The notes under the pieces are model-generated. The model was not told where the DNA came from. It did no database searches and was given only the letters and a program-made list of their open reading frames with translations. A stretch of 64,000 nucleotides of DNA from Clostridia bacterium (GTDB lineage Bacteria; Bacillota; Clostridia; Oscillospirales; CAG-382), in NCBI GenBank assembly GCA_017620655.1, contig JAGAUT010000087.1, forward strand, positions 2,384 through 66,383, read 5' to 3'. Positions 46,634 to 56,435 of the stretch are shown piece after piece (within the stretch, counting starts at the first letter, position 1; each line of letters starts with the position of its first letter). A program made the position numbers and the translations under genes.

Positions 46634-47524
46634 TTATTCTCCTTGTTTATAGTCAAATACAGGCACATAGTCTTTCTTTGCACTCGACTTATCCTGCATA
46701 AAGCCGTATTCAAAGCCGAGGGTGCGTACAAAGTTTACTACCTTCATATATTCAAGAGTTGTTGTTTTTCTGTTAATTTCGGGATAGTTCTTTGAAAGAT
46801 GTGTCGGAAAATACTGGCACATTATGCTGACGGCAATTTCTTGCGGTTTTACCGTTTTTACAAGGTTATCAAACGCTTCTATGCTGTCCTTATACATTGA
46901 CGGCAGGACAAGATGGCGAACCATTGTACCGCTTTTCATATGTCCGTCATCATCAATGGTAGGTTTTCCCGTCTGTCTTGCCATTTCTGCTATCGCTTTT
47001 ACCGCAACATCAAAATAGTCGCCGCAACCCGAATACTTCTTGCTTATTTTGGGTGAATAATATTTCAAATCGGGTAGATATATATCAACATATCCGTCTA
47101 AAGCTTTTAGTGTTTCGATATTTTCATATCCTCCGCAGTTATAGACTGTGGGAATTTGAAGTTTATGCTTGACCCTGTCAAGTGCCAAAATAATTTTATC
47201 GGCATAATGAGTAGGGGTAACAAAATTTATATTAACTGCACCCATATCCTGTAATTTGAGCATTTCATCGGCAAGGGTATATACTGAAATTTCCGTTCCG
47301 TGAAGATATGAGGATATTTCGTTATTCTGACAGTATACACATCTCAGGTTACAGCCCGAAAAGAAGATTGTTCCTGAGCCTTTACCATAGGAAATGCAGG
47401 GTTCTTCCCATTCGTGAAGTCCTACTCTTGCAATGCGGACAGTGTCGGGACTTTGGCAGTAGCCGAGGCTTTTTGTTCTGTCAATATTACATTGTCTTGG
47501 GCAGAGGTTGCAGTTTTTTGCCAT
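46634..47524 (-). CDS. radical SAM protein, PflX-like putative activating enzyme
   Basis: CNLRCVYCQN (CxxxCxxC) cluster motif and an N-terminal Cys-rich CNLCPRQC. The ATG at 47524 (MAKNCNL) is preferred over 47575. Confidence 0.75.
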   Translation of the reverse strand: MAKNCNLCPRQCNIDRTKSLGYCQSPDTVRIARVGLHEWEEPCISYGKGSGTIFFSGCNLRCVYCQNNEISSYLHGTEISVYTLADEMLKLQDMGAVNINFVTPTHYADKIILALDRVKHKLQIPTVYNCGGYENIETLKALDGYVDIYLPDLKYYSPKISKKYSGCGDYFDVAVKAIAEMARQTGKPTIDDDGHMKSGTMVRHLVLPSMYKDSIEAFDNLVKTVKPQEIAVSIMCQYFPTHLSKNYPEINRKTTTLEYMKVVNFVRTLGFEYGFMQDKSSAKKDYVPVFDYKQGE

Positions 47525-47642
47525 AAAATATTCAAGTCCACCTATTTTTCTTTTTATTATATCATAATTACACATTCATTTCAATACCAAAAGATACAAA
47601 AAGGAACGGCAGAACCGTTCCTTAATTATGACTGTATTTTTA

Positions 47643-48629
47643 TTAAATCGATGCCATAAGCTCTTTTTCAAGAAGGAATTTGATTGAATCGGCAGCATCT
47701 GAAAGAGTTGCTTTTTCGACAGGAGTACCCAGCTTTGCACAATCGGTAAAGTACTTAAGCTCGTTGTAATATCCGCCGAGATCAGAAATATTTCCGGCCG
47801 CAGTGCCGCTTACAGCTAATTCTTCCTTTTCGATTGAAATGGGAGTTGCACCTTCATCTGTATAAAGAATAAAACTGTCAGCTGTCTTTTCTACTGTTGC
47901 CTTTTCAAAAACAACTCTGAAGGTTGCTTCAAAGGGATGAGTTCCGGGTAAGAACCATGTTCCTTCTACAGTTACAGGGAAATCCTTATACTGCATTATT
48001 GTGTTTATATACGAATTCTTTTCGCCTACAATATTTCTTACGCTTGCAAGTCTTTCGGGTTTTCCGAAAAGTGACAAAGCGTAATCAATATCATGTATAT
48101 GCAAATCCTGTGCAGCGCCGCCGGACAACTCAGGAGTTCTAAGCCAATCCTTCCATCCCCATGTGGGTGTAGGGCTGATTCTTCTGAAATTGGCATTTAC
48201 AATCTTACCGTAAATTCCGCTTTCAACAATTTCTCTGAGCTTTACATATTCATCCCAGAAGCGGATTACCTGTCCAACCTGAACAAAAGCCCCTGTCTCT
48301 CTCTGCTTTTCAAGAAGCATATCGCTTTCTGCCGATGTAAGAGTTACGGGCTTTTCTACAAAGACATATTTTACCTTTTCCATTGCAAGAGCTGTATACT
48401 CTGCATGAAGACATGTGGGAAGGCATATATCAATTATGTCAAGGTCTGCATTTGCAATAAGTTCCTTGCCGTCACCGAAAAGCTGTGCCGATGTGCCTTC
48501 AGCAAGCTCTTTAGCCTTTTCACTTCTGATATCAGCTATTGCACAGAGTTCCACGCCTTCTAAATTTTTATAACAGTTTGCGTGCATAGCACCCATAAAG
48601 CCTGCACCGATAAGTCCAACCTTAAGCAT
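47643..48629 (-). CDS. Gfo/Idh/MocA family NAD(P)-dependent oxidoreductase
   Basis: N-terminal Rossmann fold MLKVGLIGAGFMG and the EKP motif (VFVEKPV). Confidence 0.85.
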   Translation of the reverse strand: MLKVGLIGAGFMGAMHANCYKNLEGVELCAIADIRSEKAKELAEGTSAQLFGDGKELIANADLDIIDICLPTCLHAEYTALAMEKVKYVFVEKPVTLTSAESDMLLEKQRETGAFVQVGQVIRFWDEYVKLREIVESGIYGKIVNANFRRISPTPTWGWKDWLRTPELSGGAAQDLHIHDIDYALSLFGKPERLASVRNIVGEKNSYINTIMQYKDFPVTVEGTWFLPGTHPFEATFRVVFEKATVEKTADSFILYTDEGATPISIEKEELAVSGTAAGNISDLGGYYNELKYFTDCAKLGTPVEKATLSDAADSIKFLLEKELMASI

Positions 48630-48631
48630 TC

Positions 48632-49474
48632 TTATTTCCTCCCAAGAATCGCATCCATAGCATTGGATGTGTTATAAATTATTGTTTCTGTATGATACTT
48701 GTAATTGGGTATCATTTCTGCAGTTACCCAGCCGTCATAGCCGACTTTACCGAGCATTTCCACAACTGCAGGATAATTTACATCGCCTGCAAGAAGGTCA
48801 ACAAAACCGTGAAGACCGCCTGCTTCTGTTCGGTAGTCCTTGAAATGCACCTTTTTGATGCGTTTATTAAGGGTGGATATCCAATGTTCAGGATATCCGA
48901 ATGCCAACGTGTTTCCGATATCAAGATAGCTTCCTACCCATTCGCTGTCAACAGCATCAATAAAGCTTCTCATTTCAAGAGGAGAAAGAAGGAACTTGTT
49001 CCATACGTTTTCAAGTCCGATTTCAACCTTGTACTGTGCGGCGTATTCCTTTACCAGTTTTACTGATTCAAGACTGCGGTAATAGCTTGTTTCATAATCT
49101 ACTATCTTGCCGGGTGCAGCAAATTCCGCATTTACACAACCCGGAATTACAAGGATAGATTCACAGCCGAGAACAGAAGCACATTCAAGCTGTTTTTTTA
49201 CAATATCACGTGCCTTGATTCTCACTTTTTCATCATCGTCATTGAGGAAATATGACCAATAAAGTCCGCTTGCAACGCTGTAAAGCTCAATTCCGTTATT
49301 ACTTGCCTGTTTTTTAATTTCAAGCAAATCCTTTTCGGTTGAGTTTAATGTGATTTCTCCGTTCTTCTCGTCAAGAGCAACCTCAACACCCTCAAAACCT
49401 GCCTTCTTTGCGAGAGCAAAGCTATCATTCAAAGACATTGCTGGAAACGACCAGATGCTTATTCCTTTTTTCAT
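48632..49474 (-). CDS. sugar phosphate isomerase/epimerase family (xylose-isomerase-like TIM barrel) protein
   Basis: AP-endo-2 TIM pattern (GFEGVEV, IGLENV, HFKD). It is translationally coupled to the oxidoreductase (2-nt gap). Confidence 0.75.
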   Translation of the reverse strand: MKKGISIWSFPAMSLNDSFALAKKAGFEGVEVALDEKNGEITLNSTEKDLLEIKKQASNNGIELYSVASGLYWSYFLNDDDEKVRIKARDIVKKQLECASVLGCESILVIPGCVNAEFAAPGKIVDYETSYYRSLESVKLVKEYAAQYKVEIGLENVWNKFLLSPLEMRSFIDAVDSEWVGSYLDIGNTLAFGYPEHWISTLNKRIKKVHFKDYRTEAGGLHGFVDLLAGDVNYPAVVEMLGKVGYDGWVTAEMIPNYKYHTETIIYNTSNAMDAILGRK

Positions 49475-49592
49475 ACAAAAACCCCCTTGATTTTATTATT
49501 GTCTATGCTATAATTGTATTTGGTAAGTGGATTTTCGTACAGTCATTTTTGTGCACAAAACGGATACAATTGTATATTCGGAGGAAATTGTT

Positions 49593-50465
49593 GTGGAAAA
49601 GAATTATATTAAAACACGACCCAAAACAGTCATTGATATCACAAGAATCGTGACAATACATTACTATGAATTCGGGCAAAGCTTTGTATTTAACGGTGAA
49701 AGCCACGATTTTTGGGAAATGGTATATGTAGACAAAGGAAGTGTTGCAGTACGCAGAGACAACGAAGAAGAGTTTATACTCACGCAAGGTAATGTATTGT
49801 TTCACAAGCCAAATGAATTTCATGCCATAAGAGCACACGAATCATCTCCAAACTTTTTTGTAATTTCATTTGTATCATCCTCAATGGCGATGGTGAATTT
49901 TGAACGTTTTGAGGCATCTCTTGACAAGGTACACAAAAGTCTTGTGTCTGAAATCATAAAAGAAGCTGAAAAGTGCTACGTCATTCCAAAAAACGAGACT
50001 GAACTGAAAAAGCTTATCCGTCAAAAAAACCCTCCTCTCGGAAGTGAGCAGTTAATAAAGAGTTACCTTGAGCTTTTACTTATTTATTTGATGAGGACAA
50101 AGAAAAAAACACAGGATATTCCTGTGTTACAGCATGATGAGCACGAACCACTTATAAGTGCTATAAAAGAATATATTTTGTCACGATGCCAAGAGAACAT
50201 ACGAATTGATGAAATCTGCCGTGCATTTGGTTACAGCAAAAGTTTTTTAAGCCGATTCTTTAAAGAGCATACGGGAGAAAGTCTTGCATCGTATGCAAAC
50301 AAAATGAAAATCAATAAAGCAAAGGAACTACTCAGAAACAGCAACATGAATATTACGCAAATATCACTGCTTCTCTCATTTGAAAACCCTCAATATTTCG
50401 CAAGGGCATTCAAGCGCCAATGCGGTATGACACCTACCGAGTGGAGACGAAGAGCACACGTGTAA
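49593..50465 (+). CDS. AraC family transcriptional regulator, divergent from the oxidoreductase/TIM-barrel pair
   Basis: Cupin N-terminus (HDFWEMVYVDKG) and an AraC HTH (FGYSKSFLSRFFKEHTG, ENPQYFARAFKRQCGMTP). GTG at 49593 follows GGAGGA. Confidence 0.8.
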   Translation: MEKNYIKTRPKTVIDITRIVTIHYYEFGQSFVFNGESHDFWEMVYVDKGSVAVRRDNEEEFILTQGNVLFHKPNEFHAIRAHESSPNFFVISFVSSSMAMVNFERFEASLDKVHKSLVSEIIKEAEKCYVIPKNETELKKLIRQKNPPLGSEQLIKSYLELLLIYLMRTKKKTQDIPVLQHDEHEPLISAIKEYILSRCQENIRIDEICRAFGYSKSFLSRFFKEHTGESLASYANKMKINKAKELLRNSNMNITQISLLLSFENPQYFARAFKRQCGMTPTEWRRRAHV

Positions 50466-50487
50466 AACACGTTAACAATTACGCCTT

Positions 50488-50877
50488 CTACGCTTTGTTT
50501 ATTACTTTTACATTCGTGAGGTCATAGCTCATTTCCAAAAGCCAGAAGATTTGCTCAGGGCTTGTTTTATCGGTAAGCTCCACAGTTATCCAATGATTTT
50601 TGTTCATATGATAAGCAGGATATACACCGTCGTTTGCAATCAGCGAGCCTATAAGCATAGAGTCGGCTTTGAGGTTTACGACACTTATTTTGCCGTCCTC
50701 ACCAAGTCCGAGCTTTGATTTTGGAATATCCATTATTACGGCAAACCACTTTTTATTATTATCGTGGCGGTAGACGGCAAAGGAGGGTGCAGACTGCCAG
50801 GGATATTCGGCAAGGCTTGAGTATTTTTCGGTTATGTAAGAGTCGAGTTGTTGTCGGGTCATTATGTCACCTGCCAT
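50488..50877 (-). CDS. MmcQ/YjbR family DNA-binding protein
   Basis: YPWQSAPSFAVYRH...KWFA...GVYPAYHMNKNHWITV, the typical YjbR pattern. Confidence 0.7.
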   Translation of the reverse strand: MAGDIMTRQQLDSYITEKYSSLAEYPWQSAPSFAVYRHDNNKKWFAVIMDIPKSKLGLGEDGKISVVNLKADSMLIGSLIANDGVYPAYHMNKNHWITVELTDKTSPEQIFWLLEMSYDLTNVKVINKA

Positions 50878-51032
50878 GTAAAACGATATATATAATTATA
50901 TCATCAGGCAGAATAAATTTCAACAAAAATGTCTGAATCAAGCACAATTGTTACAAAAAAACGGGGCAAAATATGAGTTTTATGGGAATTTGCGAAAAAT
51001 GAGAAAAATGGCAAAAAAATCAAAAAAAGCTC

Positions 51033-51061
51033 TTGACAAGTCATTTCTTTTATGATAGAAT
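51033..51061 (+). promoter_or_regulatory. sigma-A type promoter of the tRNA pair
   Basis: TTGACA 51033-51038, 17-nt spacer, TAGAAT 51056-51061. Confidence 0.6.
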
Positions 51062-51106
51062 AATTGAGCGCGGTTGAGGGAAGCCTAATCGCAGACAACA
51101 AAATAT

Positions 51107-51183
51107 GGCGGAATAGCTCAGCTGGCTAGAGCATCCGGTTCATACCCGGCAGGTCGTTGGTTCAAATCCGACTTCCGCTACCA
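51107..51183 (+). tRNA. tRNA-Met (CAU), elongator type
   Basis: Cloverleaf read by eye: acceptor GGCGGAA/TTCCGCT, D-arm GCTC-AGCTGGCTA-GAGC, anticodon loop TTCATAC, T-arm GTTGG-TTCAAAT-CCGAC, encoded CCA. Confidence 0.85.
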
Positions 51184-51258
51184 GGCCCGTTGGTCAAGCG
51201 GTTAAGACACGGCCCTTTCACGGCTGTAACATGGGTTCGATTCCCGTACGGGTCACCA
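51184..51258 (+). tRNA. tRNA-Glu (UUC)
   Basis: Acceptor GGCCCGT/ACGGGTC, anticodon loop CTTTCAC, T-arm ATGGG-TTCGATT-CCCGT, encoded CCA. It starts immediately after the CCA of tRNA-Met. Confidence 0.85.
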
Positions 51259-51261
51259 AAA

Positions 51262-51296
51262 AGCAGAGTACACTTTTGTGTGCTCTGTTTTTTTAT
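51262..51296 (+). terminator. intrinsic terminator after the tRNA pair
   Basis: 10-bp stem CAGAGTACAC pairs with GTGTGCTCTG (one G-U), followed by T8. Confidence 0.75.
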
Positions 51297-51397
51297 TTAT
51301 TATTTAAGTGGGAATCGAACCCGATGTCGTAACCACATGCCAACCAATTTATGAATAATTGAGTCCTTGTCTGCCAAAATCACCAAGCAATAATTAA

Positions 51398-51443
51398 GTA
51401 AAAAAATGCACCTCTTTGACTTTCAATCAGTCAAAGAAGTGCA
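51398..51443 (-). terminator. intrinsic terminator after the anti-sigma gene
   Basis: 15-bp stem 51407-51421 / 51429-51443 (one mismatch), followed by U7 on the minus strand. Confidence 0.75.
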
Positions 51444-51497
51444 CTTGCATTATTCTTTTAAAAATTTATTAGCATTAATGTCAGTCGCCTTCAAGTA

Positions 51498-52322
51498 TTA
51501 TATATCACCCATATCTGGAGTTGGTGTCTCACCAATCTCATCATCTCTCCAGCCCTCTTTTAATTTGACAAGATACTGCGATGCTTCCTCCGGATTTGCT
51601 TTTGATGTATCTACTTCCATCTCAAATAAAATATTTGTTCCCGAGTAATCATCTTTTGCAGTTATTTCTCCTGTTTCATTATCTATATTAAAATGTTCGT
51701 TGTTAATAAAGAAGCTGTCTGTTACCGCCAGATATATTTTCTGGTCTGCGAAGCATTCTATGCTATCCATTTCGATAATACGATACAAAACGCCGTCAAT
51801 AATATCTTCAGTATAACTACCATGCATAGAAGCTATATTATATTCCCACGGATTAAGACCTTGAATAAGTGGGGTTATCATTAAAGGCTCGCCAATTGTC
51901 ATAGGGCTCTTGTCCGTTTTTTCGACTGCTACGACAGCATAAGTTCTTTCGAGTATTATATCCCAAGAGTAGCCTTTGAAATCACTCAAATCATTGCCGG
52001 AAACAACACCTAACAGAGATGCGGTATATTTTCCGTCTGTTAAAGTTTGTGCATCAAAATTAGTATTTTCAAATGATGAGGCAAGTTTATTGTCTCCAAG
52101 ATTGCGTGCAACCTCGCTCGGTGTTAAAAAATGTACTGCTGCAAAAACTGTAATGCCAAGCAAACAGGTAATTGCTGCTGCAAGTAATATTGATTTTTTG
52201 ATAGTGTGTCTATTTTTCGTCATTGCAAATTCCTCCGTTTTTATATCGAAAGGAGTTGCCATAACGGATTTCGTTACTTCTGCGTGCTTTCGCAATCTGT
52301 TTTCTAATTCAGATGTTTTCAT
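51498..52322 (-). CDS. putative anti-sigma factor (DUF4179-like, single-pass membrane protein)
   Basis: Overlaps the sigma gene by 14 nt. It has a cytoplasmic N-terminus, one TM helix (SILLAAAITCLLGITVFAAV) and an extracytoplasmic domain. Confidence 0.6.
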   Translation of the reverse strand: MKTSELENRLRKHAEVTKSVMATPFDIKTEEFAMTKNRHTIKKSILLAAAITCLLGITVFAAVHFLTPSEVARNLGDNKLASSFENTNFDAQTLTDGKYTASLLGVVSGNDLSDFKGYSWDIILERTYAVVAVEKTDKSPMTIGEPLMITPLIQGLNPWEYNIASMHGSYTEDIIDGVLYRIIEMDSIECFADQKIYLAVTDSFFINNEHFNIDNETGEITAKDDYSGTNILFEMEVDTSKANPEEASQYLVKLKEGWRDDEIGETPTPDMGDI

Positions 52323-52788
52323 TTATAACATCTCCTTCCAAATGTTTTTTTAGTTCTGATAGTGCTTTTTTAGTTTTGTATTCTACTGATGAAACTGGTT
52401 GTTTCAATGCTTTTGCCACTTCCTTATAGGTCATTTCGTTATAGAAACGAAGCGTAATGTAAATTGACATTTTGGGATTCATTTTACAAATGCAGTCTAT
52501 AATGCCCATTTCATCTGTCGGCATATTGTAGAATACATTAAGTGTATCCGTGAATTCTTCTGTAAATCGCCGTTTTTTTATGTAATCTTTACTCTTGTTA
52601 ATCACAATACGAGTTAACCAAGTTTTGAAGTATTCTTTATCTCTTAACGTATCATAAGCTTTCAATGCTGAAAGTATGGCTTCCTGCACACAATCCTTTG
52701 CATCTTCGGTATTATGCAAATAGCCGAGTGCAACTAAGAATAAAGATTTTTCACATTCTTTATATTTCTGTTCGAACAGTTCGTACAC
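52309..52788 (-). CDS. ECF-type sigma-70 family RNA polymerase sigma factor
   Basis: Region 2 (DAKDCVQEAILSALKAY...FKTWLTRIVINKSKD) and region 4 (MTYKEVAKALKQPVSSVEYKTKKAL). GTG at 52788 lies 7 nt after GGAGG. Confidence 0.8.
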   Translation of the reverse strand: MYELFEQKYKECEKSLFLVALGYLHNTEDAKDCVQEAILSALKAYDTLRDKEYFKTWLTRIVINKSKDYIKKRRFTEEFTDTLNVFYNMPTDEMGIIDCICKMNPKMSIYITLRFYNEMTYKEVAKALKQPVSSVEYKTKKALSELKKHLEGDVINENI

Positions 52789-53093
52789 TTTGTATCCTCC
52801 TTTCGTCTTTGTAAAAGCTTTTACACTTATTAGACGATTATAAAACCAAAAAATCCAAAAAACACAAAAAATAATTGTATTTTGATAATTATAACATATA
52901 TCGCCTCTGAACAACAGTTTTGATTTTTCGCAAAAAAGACAATTCCATTATAAATAATCGTCGGCAATTCCACTGCTTATTGTATTAGAGTTAACTTTGC
53001 CATAACATTATAGTGCTTTTTCTTTTTTCACTTGTATTTATCTTTCATTCATGCTATACTTATTACACAAACCTACTGCAAAGGAGAAGTCTT

Positions 53094-55817
53094 ATGTCAA
53101 CACCCTTTCGACTATTCTATGACAAAGAAGCCCCTTTCGGCTTTGAAAACAGAGACAGAGTTCCGGACACAAGCTACGAACAGATTTTCAAAAATATTGA
53201 CGATGGCTGGGAACGCTGGTCTCTGCCTCTCGGCAACGGATATGCAGGAATCAATGTTTTCGGCAGAACCGAGACCGAAAGAGTACAGATTTCCGAAAAG
53301 ACTCTGCACTTCCCTCATATAAGCTGGCACAACACAAAGGGCGGTCTTAATAGTTTTTCCGAAACGTACATAGACTTCGGTCATCCCTTTGAAAGAGTTA
53401 AGAACTATCAGAGATGGCTCGACCTTGAAACTGCCGTTTCTGGTGTAAAGTACGAATTTGACGGCGTTACATATGAAAGAAGTTATTTTGTTTCCTACCC
53501 CGACAAGTGCATTGTTATAAAGCTTTCCGCATCTGAAAAAGGCAAGCTTTCCTTTATTCTCCGCCCAACTGTTCCCTACAAGCAGGACTTTGCAAAAGCA
53601 CCCGACGACGGAGCAAAAAAGACGGGTGAAGTTATTTCATATGTCAAGGACAATGTCGGCGTGGTCGAACTTTCGGGCAATATGTCGTGCTACGACATTG
53701 ACTTTTTGGGTATTTACAAGGTGTTTTCCGACGGAAATGTGACTGCTGACACAGTAGAGCACACATATGTTGATACGTCGGAAACCGAACATACCGACAC
53801 CAACGGTGTAATCAAGGTTGAAAATGCAGAGAACGCATTGATAATCGTTACTCTCGGCACAGACTATGAACTTTGCCCTGATACCTTTACAAAGCCCGAA
53901 GGTCACAAGCCAACAAATTTCACCACGCTCGCCGACACAAGAAAAAAGGTCGAGGATGAAATGGCTCTTATCGAAAGTGCCACCTCTACCCTCTCGGTCG
54001 ATGAAAAGTATGAGTATCTGCTTTCACGTCATCTTGAAGATTACAAGGTGCTTTTCGGCAGAGTAAGTCTTGAGCTTGACTTTGACAAAGAGGATTTAGA
54101 ACTCACCACAGACAAGCTTTTATACAAATACAAAGAACAGGATAAAAGTGACTGTTCAAGATATCTTGAGGCACTCTATTTCCAGTATGGCAGATACCTG
54201 CTTATTGCTTCATCACGTAAAGGTGCACTTCCCTCTCATCTTCAGGGTGCATGGAACAGGTACAGAATATCACCGTGGTCATCGGGTTACTGGCACAATG
54301 TAAATGTTCAGATGAACTACTGGCCTGCATTCTGCACAAACCTTGCCGAGACATTTGAAAGCTATGCCGACTACAACAAGGCATACATGGATGCGGCAAA
54401 AATGAATGCAGACTCGGTTATGCGTACTCATTTTCCCGACAAATACGACGGCGAAGGAAACAACGGCTGGTGTATTGGTGTCGGATGCTACCCCTATCAC
54501 ATAACGGGCGACAGGTCGGCAGGACACCTTGGCTTTACAACCCAGCTTTTCTGGGAATATTATCAGTACACGGGCGACAGAGGTATTCTCGAAAACATTG
54601 TATTCCCTGTACTTTTAGAGGCGGCAAGATACATCACAAAGTGCGTTGACAAAGAAGACGACGGGAAGTATCTTGTACAGCATTGCGACAGTCCCGAAAT
54701 GTTCGTTGACAAGGTATGGTACTACACAAAGGGTACAACCTATGCACAGAGCTTTGCGTACCTAAACAACTACCACACCCTGCTTGCGGCAAAAGAACTT
54801 GGAATACTCGACAAAGCAGAAGGCAAATATGAAATATTAAAAACAGTAGCCGAACAGCTTGAAAACTACGACCCGATTATCATAGGTCTTTCGGGACAGG
54901 TAAAGGAATTCCGAGAAGAAGACTACTACGGCTCTGTCGGTGACGAAAAGCAGCACAGGCACATATCCCACCTTGTGGGACTCTACCCGGGAAATCTCAT
55001 AAACTCCACAACTCCCGCATGGCTTGACGGTGCAAATGTTGTTCTTGAAGGTCGAGGTGACAAGTCTACAGGCTGGGCGGTTGCTCACAGAATCTGTCTC
55101 TGGGCAAGAGCTAAGAAGGGAAACCGTGCCCACGATTTACTTAACGTAATTCTCGGAATTAATACGGCAACAAACCTCTGGGATTTGCATCCGCCATTCC
55201 AGATTGACGGCAACTTCGGTGCGGCGGCAGGTATATGTGAAATGCTCCTTCAAAGTCAAGCAGGATACATCGAGCCTCTCTGTGCGCTTCCCGACAATTG
55301 GAAAAACGGCTCATATTCGGGACTCTGTGCAAGAGGAGGATTTGAAGTATCTGCAAAGTGGAATGAAGGTTGCCTCACATCCCTTTCTGTTCTATCTAAA
55401 AACGGCAAAAAATGCGGCATTTCCTATCCGAATATCGCAGGGTGCAAGGTTATTGACGGAAACGGAAATGAAATTTCCTTTGTAACAGACAGCGATTGTC
55501 TTATATGGTTTGACACAAAGGCGGGACAGCAATACACCCTTTGCGGCTTTACCCCATTTGTAAAACCCGAAAAGCCTCTCGATTTGAATTATGCTTATTT
55601 CGAAGGTAAGTTTTCCTTTGTATGGGAAGGAAACAGTACAAAGTACAGGGTATATGCCGCTTTTGAGAGTGACAGGAAATATACACTAATCGGCGAAACA
55701 TGTGAACCTTCATTGGTTTACGAGCAGCAAAAAGTATGCCGGACCACTTTCAAGATAGTTGCTGTTGACAGCCGCGGCATCGAAAGCGACGGTGCAATCT
55801 CCTACTTCAATCCGTAG
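53094..55817 (+). CDS. GH95 family glycoside hydrolase (alpha-L-fucosidase-like)
   Basis: N-terminal WSLPLGNGYAGINVFG, LQGAWN and NVNVQMNYWPA blocks typical of GH95. The ATG at 53094 follows AAGGAGAAG. No signal peptide. Confidence 0.8.
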   Translation: MSTPFRLFYDKEAPFGFENRDRVPDTSYEQIFKNIDDGWERWSLPLGNGYAGINVFGRTETERVQISEKTLHFPHISWHNTKGGLNSFSETYIDFGHPFERVKNYQRWLDLETAVSGVKYEFDGVTYERSYFVSYPDKCIVIKLSASEKGKLSFILRPTVPYKQDFAKAPDDGAKKTGEVISYVKDNVGVVELSGNMSCYDIDFLGIYKVFSDGNVTADTVEHTYVDTSETEHTDTNGVIKVENAENALIIVTLGTDYELCPDTFTKPEGHKPTNFTTLADTRKKVEDEMALIESATSTLSVDEKYEYLLSRHLEDYKVLFGRVSLELDFDKEDLELTTDKLLYKYKEQDKSDCSRYLEALYFQYGRYLLIASSRKGALPSHLQGAWNRYRISPWSSGYWHNVNVQMNYWPAFCTNLAETFESYADYNKAYMDAAKMNADSVMRTHFPDKYDGEGNNGWCIGVGCYPYHITGDRSAGHLGFTTQLFWEYYQYTGDRGILENIVFPVLLEAARYITKCVDKEDDGKYLVQHCDSPEMFVDKVWYYTKGTTYAQSFAYLNNYHTLLAAKELGILDKAEGKYEILKTVAEQLENYDPIIIGLSGQVKEFREEDYYGSVGDEKQHRHISHLVGLYPGNLINSTTPAWLDGANVVLEGRGDKSTGWAVAHRICLWARAKKGNRAHDLLNVILGINTATNLWDLHPPFQIDGNFGAAAGICEMLLQSQAGYIEPLCALPDNWKNGSYSGLCARGGFEVSAKWNEGCLTSLSVLSKNGKKCGISYPNIAGCKVIDGNGNEISFVTDSDCLIWFDTKAGQQYTLCGFTPFVKPEKPLDLNYAYFEGKFSFVWEGNSTKYRVYAAFESDRKYTLIGETCEPSLVYEQQKVCRTTFKIVAVDSRGIESDGAISYFNP

Positions 55818-55834
55818 AATACGAGGTAAAATAC

Positions 55835-56398
55835 ATGAAACAAAAACAACTTGACGAATTAAAAGCAGTATGTAACCAATGCAAAAAATGTCCTCTGTGC
55901 GAAACGAGGACAAATGTGGTATTCGGTTCGGGAAATGCCAATGCGAAAATTCTCTTTATCGGCGAAGCCCCCGGCAAAAGCGAAGACGAGCAGGGTCTTC
56001 CCTTTGTCGGTGCATCGGGAAAGCTGCTTGACAAATACTTAGATGCCATCGGACTTTCAAGAGAAGACGCTTATATAGCAAACATCCTAAAATGCCGTCC
56101 TCCGAACAACCGTGACCCAAAGCCCGAGGAGGAAGAACAGTGCATCGGATATCTTCGTGAACAGCTTCGCATTATTAATCCTACGGTTATTGTTTGTCTC
56201 GGAAGAATATCGGCGTTCAAGATTATAAAACCGGACTTTAAGATTACGCAGGAACACGGCAAGTGGTTCAAGAAGGGTGACTATCTGATAACTGCCGTTT
56301 ATCATCCCTCGGCACTCCTGCGCGACCCCAGAAAACGCGACGACATGATGCGTGACTTTCTTATTATCAAGGACAAGATTGAGGAATTAGGTAAATAA
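55835..56398 (+). CDS. family 4 uracil-DNA glycosylase (Fe-S)
   Basis: C-x2-C (CKKCPLC), GEAPG and HPSALLR motifs. Confidence 0.85.
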   Translation: MKQKQLDELKAVCNQCKKCPLCETRTNVVFGSGNANAKILFIGEAPGKSEDEQGLPFVGASGKLLDKYLDAIGLSREDAYIANILKCRPPNNRDPKPEEEEQCIGYLREQLRIINPTVIVCLGRISAFKIIKPDFKITQEHGKWFKKGDYLITAVYHPSALLRDPRKRDDMMRDFLIIKDKIEELGK

Positions 56399-56407
56399 AC
56401 AAAAGGA

Positions 56408-56434
56408 CTCCCGCAGAAATCTGCGGGAGTTTTC
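56408..56434. terminator. terminator hairpin (copy B1 of a repeated hairpin)
   Basis: CTCCCGCAG-AAATC-CTGCGGGAG followed by TTTTC, between the convergent udg and BNR genes. Confidence 0.75.
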
Positions 56435-56435
56435 A

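Noticed and set aside
51305-51365. An inverted tRNA-like fragment: GGGAATCGAACCCG is the reverse complement of the tRNA-Glu T-arm core, next to a CAATT-ATTCATA-AATTG stem-loop. It could be a tRNA pseudogene or an att-site scar marking an island boundary beside the tRNA pair.
   Set aside because: No acceptor stem or D-arm can be formed, and the T-stem has only 3 bp. The orientation is opposite to tRNA-Glu, so it is not a direct att repeat. No integrase or other mobile genes follow. It may be a decayed tRNA remnant, but I cannot support more than that.
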